64,000 nucleotides of DNA from Armatimonadota bacterium (GCA_026392045.1 JAPLCU010000012.1:41142-105141); one strand, 5' to 3'; positions 7,761 to 17,128 are shown, counted from the first letter of the stretch. Numbers and translations: made by a program. The notes: generated by a model from the sequence alone, not told the origin.

Positions 7761-9473
7761 CTATGGCGCAAGCTCTGAAACTCCACAAACTTTCCAATCG
7801 CCGCGCGGTTTGGTCTTGCAGAGGCTGATTTTCTCAAATATTTTGTTGTGGCTGGGAATATTGAAAACTACCTCGACCTCGGCTCTGTCTTTGCCCAGAT
7901 ATTCGGGCGCACGCACCACGTAGCTCGCGGCTTTGTCATGAACCAGGCCATGATATTCTTTTGCTTTGATTTTGGCTTCGGCGGCTCCGTTCCAACCCGG
8001 CGCGCTTTCTACGGAATAATTGAGCGCCTTTGAGACTTTGTTCCTGGCCAATTGCTGCACCCAAACCCACGCAACCCGGTCTGTGGCTATGGGCATGGTG
8101 TAGCGATACCCGATCCAGCAGGAGAGGATAATCAAGCCCATGAAAGCCGTCGATACAACGCGATGTTTTTGTCTGCAAGTATAGATGTCTGCCCGCGTGC
8201 TGGTGGAGCGTCTATTGCAGACCCATGTAAAGCTGATTACCGTGCCTGCAGTGATTAGTATCGCGCTGATCCAGAACGGGACGTTATAATTTATTACCCC
8301 AAGTTTCGGAAAACTCAACGCATCTGATTTGTAGATAAGCGGCCCAACGAGCGTTCCAGCCATCGCCGCCAAGCCCTGAGCCAAACCCACCGCGCCCAGC
8401 ACCTCTCCGCGCCGTTTGGGGTCGGTCGCGGAAATAACAAGGGCGTTCCAGGCAGGAAATGCGACTGTGAACCCAAGCCCGATTAGAATTCCAGCGATAC
8501 CAATTAAGGGCAAGAACTTGGTGAGAGCCAAAACCCACATAGCAATTGAGCTGGCAAATAGACCCCAGCAGACCGCCGAAGTTTTTCCGTATTTGTCGCC
8601 CAAATGACCAAGCGGAATAGCAAAAATACCCATAAATGCTGCAATCGGCGCAACAGCAACGCCGAACTGGGTTTCGGTGAGCATTAGATGGTCTATTGCG
8701 TAGAGCTTGACAATAGGAGTCAGCATTCCCATTCCAAGGAATGTGACCATCGCCATGACCACCATATCCGGCACTTCCTTAAAGCTCCGCAAAATATGCT
8801 CGGGCTTGAAATCCGGCGGGGTTTCGTGACCGGGAATATCCACATGATGCGGCTTACCCAACTTTGGAAAGAAAACAAGAAGCACCAGAAATGAGAGCAC
8901 AAATAATATGCTGGCTAGATAGAACGATGCTTTGAGCGTGTGAAAATAATCATTCGCTCCGCCGCCAAGCAAAAAACCGAGCGCCATTCCGCCCATATAG
9001 GTGACATTGAGCACGCTTAGAGCGGCGCTTCGATGTTCATCGTCCACGAGATCGCCAACCGCAGCAAAAGCGTTCATCCACAGCGCGCTACTTCCCAGAC
9101 CATCAAGCACACGCAAGCCAATGAGGTAATAAAGGACATACGGGCCTCGGTAGACAATTGTAAGGTAAGAAGTAATCGCGGTAATAAGCGGACCCGCAAG
9201 CATAAGCGGTTTTCTGCCTATTCGGTCGCCAAGCGCGCCAAGAGCAGGCCGCGATAGCGCTTCCACAGCCAAGAACGTGCCAAAGATGAACCCCCAATTC
9301 TTGCCCAGATTCAGGGATTTATCCACATACATAGGCATAGCGGAGAGGTTTAAGACGGCGTACGCAAGCTCAGCCAAAAGCGCTGCGCTGGCGAGCATAA
9401 GAAGTGAGCGATATTCATGGGCTAATGGCCTAATTCTGACCATCGACTCTTTAAGCTTGATTTTAGAGATCAA
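7761..9473 (-). CDS. MFS transporter fused to an additional C-terminal soluble domain
   Basis: MFS signature GDRIGRKP, about 12 TM segments, then an extra TM helix and a roughly 110-aa hydrophilic domain. Confidence 0.7.
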   Translation of the reverse strand: MISKIKLKESMVRIRPLAHEYRSLLMLASAALLAELAYAVLNLSAMPMYVDKSLNLGKNWGFIFGTFLAVEALSRPALGALGDRIGRKPLMLAGPLITAITSYLTIVYRGPYVLYYLIGLRVLDGLGSSALWMNAFAAVGDLVDDEHRSAALSVLNVTYMGGMALGFLLGGGANDYFHTLKASFYLASILFVLSFLVLLVFFPKLGKPHHVDIPGHETPPDFKPEHILRSFKEVPDMVVMAMVTFLGMGMLTPIVKLYAIDHLMLTETQFGVAVAPIAAFMGIFAIPLGHLGDKYGKTSAVCWGLFASSIAMWVLALTKFLPLIGIAGILIGLGFTVAFPAWNALVISATDPKRRGEVLGAVGLAQGLAAMAGTLVGPLIYKSDALSFPKLGVINYNVPFWISAILITAGTVISFTWVCNRRSTSTRADIYTCRQKHRVVSTAFMGLIILSCWIGYRYTMPIATDRVAWVWVQQLARNKVSKALNYSVESAPGWNGAAEAKIKAKEYHGLVHDKAASYVVRAPEYLGKDRAEVEVVFNIPSHNKIFEKISLCKTKPRGDWKVCGVSELAP

Positions 9474-9548
9474 GGATTACCTCGTTGTTTTGAGCTGACA
9501 GCAATGAGCTTTCAGCTTTTCAGCGCATTTTGTAATTGATAACTTAGT

Positions 9549-9576
9549 GTGCCGCATCAGAGATTGTGCCCGAACA
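9549..9576 (+). repeat. Family B REP-like element (degenerate copy)
   Basis: GTGCCGCATCAGAGATTGTGCCCGAACA. It shares the TCAGAGATTG loop and the CCCGAACA tail. Confidence 0.55.
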
Positions 9577-9596
9577 GGACCGTCGGCCAATTATTT

Positions 9597-10637
9597 CTAT
9601 TCGATTCTTATTTCTCTGCCCTCTTCGCTGGACTGGTAGAGCGCATCCAGGATTTTCATCACGTTCAGGGCTTGCTCGCCGGTTACGGGCGGCTCGGTGT
9701 CGTTTATTATGGCGTCATAGAAGCTTCGGATCTCTACTTCGTAAAAATCGACCGTGGGAAGCAGAGATGGTGTTATATCCAAAAGAGCGCCTTTATCTTC
9801 GCCGAAAAGCCTGAGCGGATTTGTGTCGGCGCCGCCTTTTGTGCCCAGCAAAGAAACATTCATGCGGTCCTCGGCAATATTCGCGGCGAAGCTGGATTCT
9901 ATGATCAGCGAGGCGCCGTTATCCAGCCGCACGAAACCGGCCGCGAAGTCTTCTACCGTGTAATTCTTATAATCCCACGTCCCCCAGCGCCCGACATGGT
10001 TCGGAGTGTTGCCTATTTTTGTGTAGGCCATGCCGGAGGCCGCAACGGGTTTCGGGTGGCCCATGAGATAGAGCGCCAGGTCCAGCATGTGAACGCCAAT
10101 ATCGATCAGCGGGCCGCCGCCCTGCTTTTCTTTGTCGGTGAAAACACCCCAGCTCGGAACTCCTCTGCGGCGCAGCGCCCAAACTCGGGCAAAATATATC
10201 TCGCCGAGGTCGCCGGCGTCAATGCATCTTTTCAAAAACTGAGCTTCGGAGCCAAAGCGAAAACACTGAGCAATCATTAGTTTCTTGCTGCTGCGCTTCG
10301 CCGCCTCAACGATCAGCGCGCCCTCGACAGCGTTTCGCGCAATCGGTTTTTCTAAAAGCACATGTTTGCCTGCGTCCAGCGCATCCACCGCAGGCTGCAC
10401 ATGCAGGAAATTGGGCGTGCAGATATGAATGGCGTCGAGCTCGTCCATTTGCAACATCTTCTTATAATCGGCGAAGACATGCGGCACGTTGAACTTTTCG
10501 GCGGCTGATTTTGCCGAGGCCTCGTTGACATCGCAAACAGCCATAATATTAAGATCGGAAAATCTTGCCAGCGCGGGCATGTGCCTGCTCACAGCGATTC
10601 CACCTGTTCCGATAATTCCTACGTTTATCTTGCTCAA
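9597..10637 (-). CDS. Gfo/Idh/MocA family NAD(P)-dependent oxidoreductase
   Basis: N-terminal Rossmann GIIGTGGIA, with EKP and other family motifs. TTG start preceded by an AAAGGAG RBS. Confidence 0.85.
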   Translation of the reverse strand: MSKINVGIIGTGGIAVSRHMPALARFSDLNIMAVCDVNEASAKSAAEKFNVPHVFADYKKMLQMDELDAIHICTPNFLHVQPAVDALDAGKHVLLEKPIARNAVEGALIVEAAKRSSKKLMIAQCFRFGSEAQFLKRCIDAGDLGEIYFARVWALRRRGVPSWGVFTDKEKQGGGPLIDIGVHMLDLALYLMGHPKPVAASGMAYTKIGNTPNHVGRWGTWDYKNYTVEDFAAGFVRLDNGASLIIESSFAANIAEDRMNVSLLGTKGGADTNPLRLFGEDKGALLDITPSLLPTVDFYEVEIRSFYDAIINDTEPPVTGEQALNVMKILDALYQSSEEGREIRIE

Positions 10638-10654
10638 TGATTTCTCCTTTGTGG

Positions 10655-10740
10655 TTTCGGGATTTCCGCTGCGCTCAAATCCCGAAAAACCGAACCTTTG
10701 GATTCCCGCCTTAGCAGGAATGACAAATTTCGCTGACAGA
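10655..10740 (-). repeat. Family C composite repeat in the rtcB / Gfo-family intergenic region
   Basis: TTTCGGGATTTCCGCTGCGCTCAAATCCCGAAAAA plus flank ...GGAATGACAAA. Confidence 0.75.
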
Positions 10741-10757
10741 TTGCACCGCTCTCTTGA

Positions 10758-12224
10758 CTATCCCTTTGCCACTCCCAGCGGCCGCATTTTGGCCACTATT
10801 CTGGAAATATCTGCGCCCTGGCAGGTTTCCACTACGTCGGCTACGTCTTTATAGGCATACGACGCTTCTTCTGAAAGAGTGTCCCTGCCCTTTGCTTTCA
10901 CAACAATTCCTCTGGCGGCAAGTTCTTCCTGAACGGCTTTACCGGTCATCTTCTTGATGGCAGCGTGCCTGCTCATGACTCGACCGGCGCCGTGGCAGGC
11001 GCTTCCCCAGGTAAGCTTCATCGAGGTCTCGGTGCCTACGAGCAGGAACGAATATCTGCCCATGTCTCCAGGCACTATCACAGGTTGGCCGACCTTGCGA
11101 TATTGCTTTGGAATATTTTCATTGCCTGGCCCAAAAGCTCTGGTCGCGCCTTTTCGGTGGACGCAGAGTTTTTTGAGCTTGCCGTCGACCTCATGATGCT
11201 CGATTTTGGCCATGTTGTGCGCAACATCGTAAACCTGATTCAAACCTAACTTATACGCGCCCGCCCCTAATACCTTCTCAAAACTTTCTCGCACCCAATG
11301 CGCGATCGCCTGACGATTTGCCCAGGCGAAGTTTGCCGCGCAAGCCATAGCTCCAAGATATTGCTGTCCCTCTGGCGAAGTGATCGGCGCGCAGGCCAGT
11401 TGGCGGTCTGGGATCGATATATTGTATTTTTGAGCCGCTCTTTGCATGACATGCAGCGAATCTTCGCAGACCTGATGGCCAAAACCCCGGCTGCCGGTGT
11501 GAATCATGACGGTGATCTGGCCGGGTTCGGTGATGCCGAAAATGTGTGCAATTTCAACGTCATATATCTCTTCAACTACCTGAATTTCCATAAAATGGTT
11601 CCCCGCGCCAAGAGTGCCGAGTTGGGGCCTGCCGCGCTTTATGGCTTCTTTGCTGATGACATCCGGATCGGCAAAATCCATCGCGCCGCCCTGCTCGCTC
11701 ACTTCGAGGTCCTCGGCCCACCCCATTCCATGCTCAACCATCCACTTTGCGCCCTTGCGCATAACCTGCTTTAGCTCCTGATCATCAAGACGAAGTTTAC
11801 CCTCGCCGCCGACACCGGTCGGGACGTTCATATAAAGCTGGTCGATGAGGTCTGAAACGCGGCCTTTCACGTCTTTTAGAGTGAGATCGCTGCGAAGTAA
11901 TCGAACGCCGCAGTTGATGTCGTAACCCACCCCGCCAGGTGAAACCACGCCGGTTTCGTAGTCCATCGCGGCAACTCCGCCTATGGGGAACCCGTAGCCC
12001 CAGTGAATATCCGGCATAGCCATCGATTGGCCGACTATCCCCGGCAGGAACGCGACATTTGCGACCTGCTCCAGGGCTTCGTCCTGCATAATCTGCTGAA
12101 GCATGCTTTCAGTGGCAAAAACCACGCCGTCTGTCCGCATTCCAGACTTATAGCTCTGTGGAATCCGCCACCTGTAATCATCTATTTTTTGGAGTATTTG
12201 AGTCCACTCAGGCATATTATTCAC
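10758..12224 (-). CDS. rtcB: RNA-splicing ligase RtcB
   Basis: 488 aa with conserved metal and GTP-binding motifs (GAGNHFMEIQ, HTGSRGFGHQV). Confidence 0.9.
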   Translation of the reverse strand: MNNMPEWTQILQKIDDYRWRIPQSYKSGMRTDGVVFATESMLQQIMQDEALEQVANVAFLPGIVGQSMAMPDIHWGYGFPIGGVAAMDYETGVVSPGGVGYDINCGVRLLRSDLTLKDVKGRVSDLIDQLYMNVPTGVGGEGKLRLDDQELKQVMRKGAKWMVEHGMGWAEDLEVSEQGGAMDFADPDVISKEAIKRGRPQLGTLGAGNHFMEIQVVEEIYDVEIAHIFGITEPGQITVMIHTGSRGFGHQVCEDSLHVMQRAAQKYNISIPDRQLACAPITSPEGQQYLGAMACAANFAWANRQAIAHWVRESFEKVLGAGAYKLGLNQVYDVAHNMAKIEHHEVDGKLKKLCVHRKGATRAFGPGNENIPKQYRKVGQPVIVPGDMGRYSFLLVGTETSMKLTWGSACHGAGRVMSRHAAIKKMTGKAVQEELAARGIVVKAKGRDTLSEEASYAYKDVADVVETCQGADISRIVAKMRPLGVAKG

Positions 12225-12809
12225 CTATTTACAGTTGTCGCAAATGTCTGATTTTCCATCGTGCAAATTGTTGCACATCGAACACTTACGCCACCCATTT
12301 TCGAGCTTAGATTTCTCTAATTTCTTGCTTGTCAGGACTGCATGCGCGATGCGTTTTGCCAGCTCTTCCGAAGGGCTGATAGATGCGACTTTTTGGGCCA
12401 GTTCGGATGCTAACAAATCGATTTCTACGGCCTCTATATCGTCTTTTGGTATGTTGGGCTTATTTGCGGCCAGAGAGGCCTCCAGCGCCTTTTTGAAACC
12501 CCTGGAAGAGAAGCGGATGTCAGTGACCACTTTGCTGCCCGCCGCTTTGTTGAGTTCTTTGATTATATGCTGCTTATGGAAGGTGCATTCGTTTGCCCAT
12601 GCGCTGCTTTTGCAGCAAACATATAAAATGCCCTCCTGGATTCTTTCGGCAACGGTGACAGCGGCAATGTGCGTACCCACGACCTGCTTCCATTTTATCA
12701 CGGCCTGATACTGCATTATTTTATGGCGAAGCCCCATTTCTTCCAAAGACCTGTTTACCAAGCCCCCGAGTCTGTTGAAATTGCCTCTTCTGAAATCCGA
12801 TCTTCTCAT
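12225..12809 (-). CDS. DUF721 (DciA-like, helicase-loader family) protein with a C-terminal Cys4 zinc ribbon
   Basis: MRRSDFRRG N-terminus and SSAWANECTFHKQHIIKELN core typical of DUF721. The usual recF-downstream position. C-terminal CSMCN...CDNCK. Confidence 0.7.
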   Translation of the reverse strand: MRRSDFRRGNFNRLGGLVNRSLEEMGLRHKIMQYQAVIKWKQVVGTHIAAVTVAERIQEGILYVCCKSSAWANECTFHKQHIIKELNKAAGSKVVTDIRFSSRGFKKALEASLAANKPNIPKDDIEAVEIDLLASELAQKVASISPSEELAKRIAHAVLTSKKLEKSKLENGWRKCSMCNNLHDGKSDICDNCK

Positions 12810-13924
12810 ATTGCCGTAACCTTGCCCGATTTTACCTCAAAAATAGCTGCCGAGCTCGTGGCGACATCTCGGATATCGTCCAGGCTGGTGGTGGTTATGA
12901 AAGTCTGACACTTGCCCAGCATTATCTCTAAAATGCGCGCTCGGCGTGTTTCGTCGAGTTCCGCCATTACATCATCCAACAACACAACCGGACTTTCCTC
13001 CGCAGATTCTTCCATAAGCTCGATTTCCGCAAGTTTAATTGCGATAGCCGCAGACCGCTGCTGGCCCTGGGAGGCGAATTCTTTGGCGGGAAAATTGTTG
13101 ACGCTTAGAAGAATATCATCCCTGTGAGGGCCCGCGGATGTTGTTCCCCTGAAAATGTCATTCTCTCGCCTGGATGCCAGTTTTCTTGCATAAGCGGATT
13201 CAATCTCTTTTTCAGTATCTGAAGCGGAGCATTCTATATTGGGTTTATAAGATATTTTGAAATCTTCGGATTGATCCGTGAGCAATGCATAGATTCTGGC
13301 AGCCGCTGCGGCTAGAAAATCTATAAATTTGGCACGGCGGTGGATCACGCTCGCTCCATATTGGCAGAGCTGAGAATCCCACATTTCCAAGTCTGGCGCT
13401 TTCGCGGAACCTTTATTAATTTCCTTCAGGAGATTGTTTCTCTGATCCAGGACCCTTTTATAACGCCCGAGAGCATAAATATATTGAGGGCGGATTTGGG
13501 CGATTTCCAGATTGAGAAATCGCCTGCGCAGCGATGGTTCGCCTCTGACCATATCTATGTCTGAATTGCTGAAAATTACTGCGTTTAATTGACCTATTAT
13601 GTCCCCGATCTTCGGGGTTTTGACTTTGTTTATCTTAACAGCCTTTTTTTCTTGCCTATTGAGGATAATCTCTAAAATTGCATCGCTTCTTGCTGATCTT
13701 GTGATTTCCACACAAGCTCTGGCATTGATATCCCCTATCTTTATCATGTCCATATCTCGAGATGTCCTATGAGATTTACTCGTCGCCAAGAGATAAAGAG
13801 CTTCAAGTATTGCGCTTTTTCCCTGCGCATTAGGACCCACGAGAATGTTCAACCCCTTAGAGGGCTTGAATTCTAAATGCTCATAATTCCGAAAGTTAGT
13901 CAGACAGATCGTATCAATATACAT
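12806..13924 (-). CDS. recF: DNA replication and repair protein RecF
   Basis: Walker A GPNAQGKSAILEAL and SMC-like signature, 372 aa. The stop overlaps the start of the downstream DUF721 gene. Confidence 0.9.
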   Translation of the reverse strand: MYIDTICLTNFRNYEHLEFKPSKGLNILVGPNAQGKSAILEALYLLATSKSHRTSRDMDMIKIGDINARACVEITRSARSDAILEIILNRQEKKAVKINKVKTPKIGDIIGQLNAVIFSNSDIDMVRGEPSLRRRFLNLEIAQIRPQYIYALGRYKRVLDQRNNLLKEINKGSAKAPDLEMWDSQLCQYGASVIHRRAKFIDFLAAAAARIYALLTDQSEDFKISYKPNIECSASDTEKEIESAYARKLASRRENDIFRGTTSAGPHRDDILLSVNNFPAKEFASQGQQRSAAIAIKLAEIELMEESAEESPVVLLDDVMAELDETRRARILEIMLGKCQTFITTTSLDDIRDVATSSAAIFEVKSGKVTAI

Positions 13925-14241
13925 GGTCTATATATTATATATATAAATTGTGGTAGTGGTAATAGGAGGTGTGGATACTGTGGAAAACAGCCTCTATTAC
14001 GCTTACCCTAAGCTCATCTGCTCATGTGGACAAAACAGGGTGAACCATAAGCCCAACTGCTAAGCTGCTGTAAAAACTATGTGGATACTAACAACCGCGC
14101 AATCCACATTACTATCAACAGATTTGTCCACAGGTTCTTACCGGAAGGTTTCCACAAGTTTTACATGGCCTTTCATGGGCAATAATGTCTGAAATTCAAA
14201 GGTTGTGGAAGGGCGCACTCAAGTGACAGATAGCATATTCT
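13925..14241. promoter_or_regulatory. oriC: Putative chromosomal replication origin (oriC): AT-rich DUE plus a cluster of DnaA-box-like 9-mers
   Basis: AT-rich tract TATATATTATATATATAAATT at 13928-13950. At least seven TTATCCACA-like boxes on both strands: TGTGGATAC 13969-13977 and 14080-14088, TGTGGAAAA 13979-13987, TGTGGACAA 14026-14034, ATCCACA 14103-14109, TTGTCCACA 14123-14131, TTTCCACA 14150-14157, TGTGGAAGG 14205-14213. Confidence 0.7.
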
Positions 14242-14244
14242 TAC

Positions 14245-14309
14245 GGGCGGATCAGAGATTCCGCCCGAACATAGAATGGGGACGCCCGCATCAGAGATTG
14301 CGGGCGAAC
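14245..14309 (+). repeat. Two tandem REP-like hairpins of family B (stem-TCAGAGAT-stem + GAAC tail) immediately downstream of dnaA
   Basis: CGGGCGGATCAGAGATTCCGCCCGAACA and CGCCCGCATCAGAGATTGCGGGCGAAC. The stems differ but remain complementary. Confidence 0.75.
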
Positions 14310-14341
14310 TTCGAATGGTGTTGGCCCGAACATGGTGTTGA

Positions 14342-15745
14342 CTAGCCTCTTGAGCCGGTGATTTGGTTGGTTAATTCCGTTATTATGGCTTGGAATGATT
14401 TGTCCGTGGCTAATTTCCCTTCGACCTTTTTGCAGGAGTGCATGACAGTGGTGTGGTCCTTGCCGCCAATAGCTTTTCCGATTGCGGGTAGGGAATAATC
14501 TGTGAGTTCGCGCATCAGATACATAGCGATCTGACGAGGCGCCACTATGTTTTTGCTGCGGCATTTACCTTTGAGATCGGTTAGCTCCACGTAAAACTTC
14601 TTTGAGACTGCGTTCAAGACTTTTTGAGCGTCGACGACCGTCGGGGCAGCGTCACCAAAATTTTTGCTTAGGACCTCTTCAGCTAAAGAAAGCGTGACAG
14701 CAGTCTTCATCAGCGATGCATAAGCATGCAGTGTTATTAGCGCGCCCTCGAGCTGCCTTATGTTCGTTCTTATCAGTTTTGCGATATAGAGAATGACGTC
14801 GTCCGAGAGGGTCATGTTCTCGCACTCTGCCTTGGTCTGCAAAATTGCCATGCGGGTTTCGAGGTCCGGCGGGGAGATGTCTGCGAGCATGCCGCACTGG
14901 AACCTGGAAAGAAGCCTGCTATCCAGCTGCAGGTCTTTGGGCGCACGGTCGCTTGTTAATACAATCTGCTTGCCCATGTCGTAGATGGCGTTGTATGTGT
15001 GAAAAAATTCTTCTTCCGTGCGCTCCTTACCCACCAAAAACTGAATGTCATCCACCAGCCACACATCAATGCTGCGATATTGCCGCCTGAACTCAGCCGT
15101 GCGATGCTCTCTTAGAGAGGTTATATAGTGATAGGTGAATGCCTCGCCCGATACATAAGCCACCTTTGCGTCGGGCGACTTGGCTAGGACAGTCTGCCCC
15201 AGAGCATGCATCAGGTGTGTTTTGCCAAGCCCCGCGCCGCCATAAATGAAAAGCGGGTTGTAGGTCTTGCCGGGGTTTTCAGAGATTGCCATGGCGCAAG
15301 CATGCGCGAGCCTGTTTGTGGGTCCAACAACGAAGTTATCGAAGTTATACTGGTTGTTGAGCGGCAGAGAAATAGGCTCTTCGTCGTGTTTAGGCTGCGG
15401 TTTTGGCTTTTGCGGGAGTGTTTCCGTGAGAATAACGGGCTCATCGGATTCTGAAAAGTCTACCCTGAGCTGGAGTTTTCTTTCAAGTTGTGTTTCCAGG
15501 ATTTCTTTGATGAGCGGCAGATGTTTGCTCTCCAGCCAGTGCTTTGCAAATCGGCTGTTTGTGGTGATCATGACCAGATTGCCATCCACCGAGACGGGCT
15601 TTGCAGTTTTGATCCAGCTGTCGAACGAGGGCTTGTTGACATGCTTAGATAGCACCTCAAGCGCGCACTCCCACGCATTCTGGAGCGCCACATAGGCATC
15701 GTCCACCCCTAATTGTAGCTGCTGATCCGACAAAGTATTCTCCAA
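14342..15745 (-). CDS. dnaA: Chromosomal replication initiator protein DnaA
   Basis: AAA+ Walker A GGAGLGKTHL, a sensor motif, and the C-terminal DnaA DNA-binding domain (...VAPRQIAMYLMRELTDYSLPAIG...). Confidence 0.95.
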   Translation of the reverse strand: MENTLSDQQLQLGVDDAYVALQNAWECALEVLSKHVNKPSFDSWIKTAKPVSVDGNLVMITTNSRFAKHWLESKHLPLIKEILETQLERKLQLRVDFSESDEPVILTETLPQKPKPQPKHDEEPISLPLNNQYNFDNFVVGPTNRLAHACAMAISENPGKTYNPLFIYGGAGLGKTHLMHALGQTVLAKSPDAKVAYVSGEAFTYHYITSLREHRTAEFRRQYRSIDVWLVDDIQFLVGKERTEEEFFHTYNAIYDMGKQIVLTSDRAPKDLQLDSRLLSRFQCGMLADISPPDLETRMAILQTKAECENMTLSDDVILYIAKLIRTNIRQLEGALITLHAYASLMKTAVTLSLAEEVLSKNFGDAAPTVVDAQKVLNAVSKKFYVELTDLKGKCRSKNIVAPRQIAMYLMRELTDYSLPAIGKAIGGKDHTTVMHSCKKVEGKLATDKSFQAIITELTNQITGSRG

Positions 15746-15901
15746 CCCTAAAAGCGCTTATAAAATCTAAGAACTTGATTATAGCACTCAGCCACATGAG
15801 CTATCAACCATTACAACAGAAATTTTATGTCCCAAAATTACCCAACATTATTGCAGGAAAAATAGAGGATTACCTGTAATATCTCATTCTCGGTGAGAAA
15901 G

Positions 15902-15971
15902 GGGAGGGCGAGGCTCCCGCCGAGCTTCTTAACTGCGAAGGGAAACGGCTCAGGGGGACCTTCGCCCTCCC
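15902..15971 (+). repeat. 70-nt GC-rich structured element (family D), copy 1
   Basis: GGGAGGGCGAGGCTCCCGCCGAGCTTCTTAACTGCGAAGGGAAACGGCTCAGGGGGACCTTCGCCCTCCCC. Its 12-bp terminal arms are complementary. About 93% identical to 51856-51925. Confidence 0.7.
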
Positions 15972-16087
15972 CAGGCTCACTCAGTGTTTAGCCGCATACA
16001 GCGCAAGGGAAAAACAAAACGCCAGTTGGCAATAGATTACCACAAACTGGTAAGCCTCGGGTTGATTACACAAAGGAGGAATGGTAA

Positions 16088-17032
16088 ATGCACAGGGTAA
16101 GCGTATCGGCAATAATCTTCTCGGTTCTATTATTGATGGCTGTGAGCCCACCGGTTTTGTCTGGCAGGCTGAATGGTGAAGTTACTCAGGTGACCGATTT
16201 CGGCATCTCTGCAACATTTCCCGCCGCAGTGAAGCCAGGTTCGGCGATGATGGTGATGAGCGGCATGGGAGAATCTGTCTGCGCAATGGCAATCTCGGAT
16301 TCCTGCCAGGGGGAGGGACCCTATTTTGTGAGTGGCAAGCTTGCCTGGATCACCGATATCTTGAATCTGAGATCCGGCAAAGTAGTGTATGTAAATTCCC
16401 TCAATGCAAGCGCCATACCAAGTCCTCCAGTTTCCAAGCCGAAGTATCAGGACCAGGATCTGAGATTTTACTATTATAGCGCTGCGCAGAATCTCGGTTA
16501 TGGAGCTGTTGGTCTGGGATTGGAGCGCTCGCTCAGAATTAGCAAAGGGCTGGCTTTGGAGATTGACGGCGGCATTACCGGCATGGGAAATCTGGCTGCA
16601 AATGGCGGCAATAAGATAAATACGGATTGCGTCATAAAGAACTTTAACGGCAGGTTGAAGATGGATCTGGTGCCGGGTTTCTGTATCTACACAGGCTATC
16701 GGTGGAACGAGGGACGCGGCAATGACCAGCGCTGGAGTAAACTTATCGATAACATTCCGAGGACGGAGTTCTTAAAAGAATCTGAAAAGGCAAGCGGCAC
16801 CGTGCTTCTGCAGGGATTGGAATATGGGCTGACAATAAGGCCGTTTCGGGCGATATCGGTCTCTGCGGGCTATGTGCCGCAGTTAAGAACCGACTTTGGC
16901 AGCATCGGCATTAGCTCTGAACCGGCATATACCGGCGAGCTGAGATTCGGCTATGGGAGCGGTGCAATAAGGCTGCGAGGAATGAAAACCAACAGCTACT
17001 GGCTTGCGGATTTGAGCATTACCATAAAATAG
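16088..17032 (+). CDS. Hypothetical secreted protein
   Basis: N-terminal signal peptide (IIFSVLLLMAVSPPVLSG), GGAGG RBS, Gly/aromatic-rich sequence. I recognise no family. Confidence 0.5.
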   Translation: MHRVSVSAIIFSVLLLMAVSPPVLSGRLNGEVTQVTDFGISATFPAAVKPGSAMMVMSGMGESVCAMAISDSCQGEGPYFVSGKLAWITDILNLRSGKVVYVNSLNASAIPSPPVSKPKYQDQDLRFYYYSAAQNLGYGAVGLGLERSLRISKGLALEIDGGITGMGNLAANGGNKINTDCVIKNFNGRLKMDLVPGFCIYTGYRWNEGRGNDQRWSKLIDNIPRTEFLKESEKASGTVLLQGLEYGLTIRPFRAISVSAGYVPQLRTDFGSIGISSEPAYTGELRFGYGSGAIRLRGMKTNSYWLADLSITIK

Positions 17033-17104
17033 CTTCGGTGATCGAGATTTTTATCACGATGTGCGGTAGGCTTCGGCATCAGGATACCGAAGCAACTAAC
17101 TGTT

Positions 17105-17128
17105 GGGCCGCAATCTCTGATGCGGCCC
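17105..17128 (-). repeat. Family B REP-like hairpin, inverted orientation
   Basis: GGGCCGCAATCTCTGATGCGGCCC, that is GGCCGCA-TCAGAGAT-TGCGGCC on the other strand. Confidence 0.7.

Noticed and set aside
9549-10280. 243-aa plus-strand ORF
   Set aside because: It is antisense to the Gfo/Idh/MocA oxidoreductase, which has clear Rossmann and family motifs.
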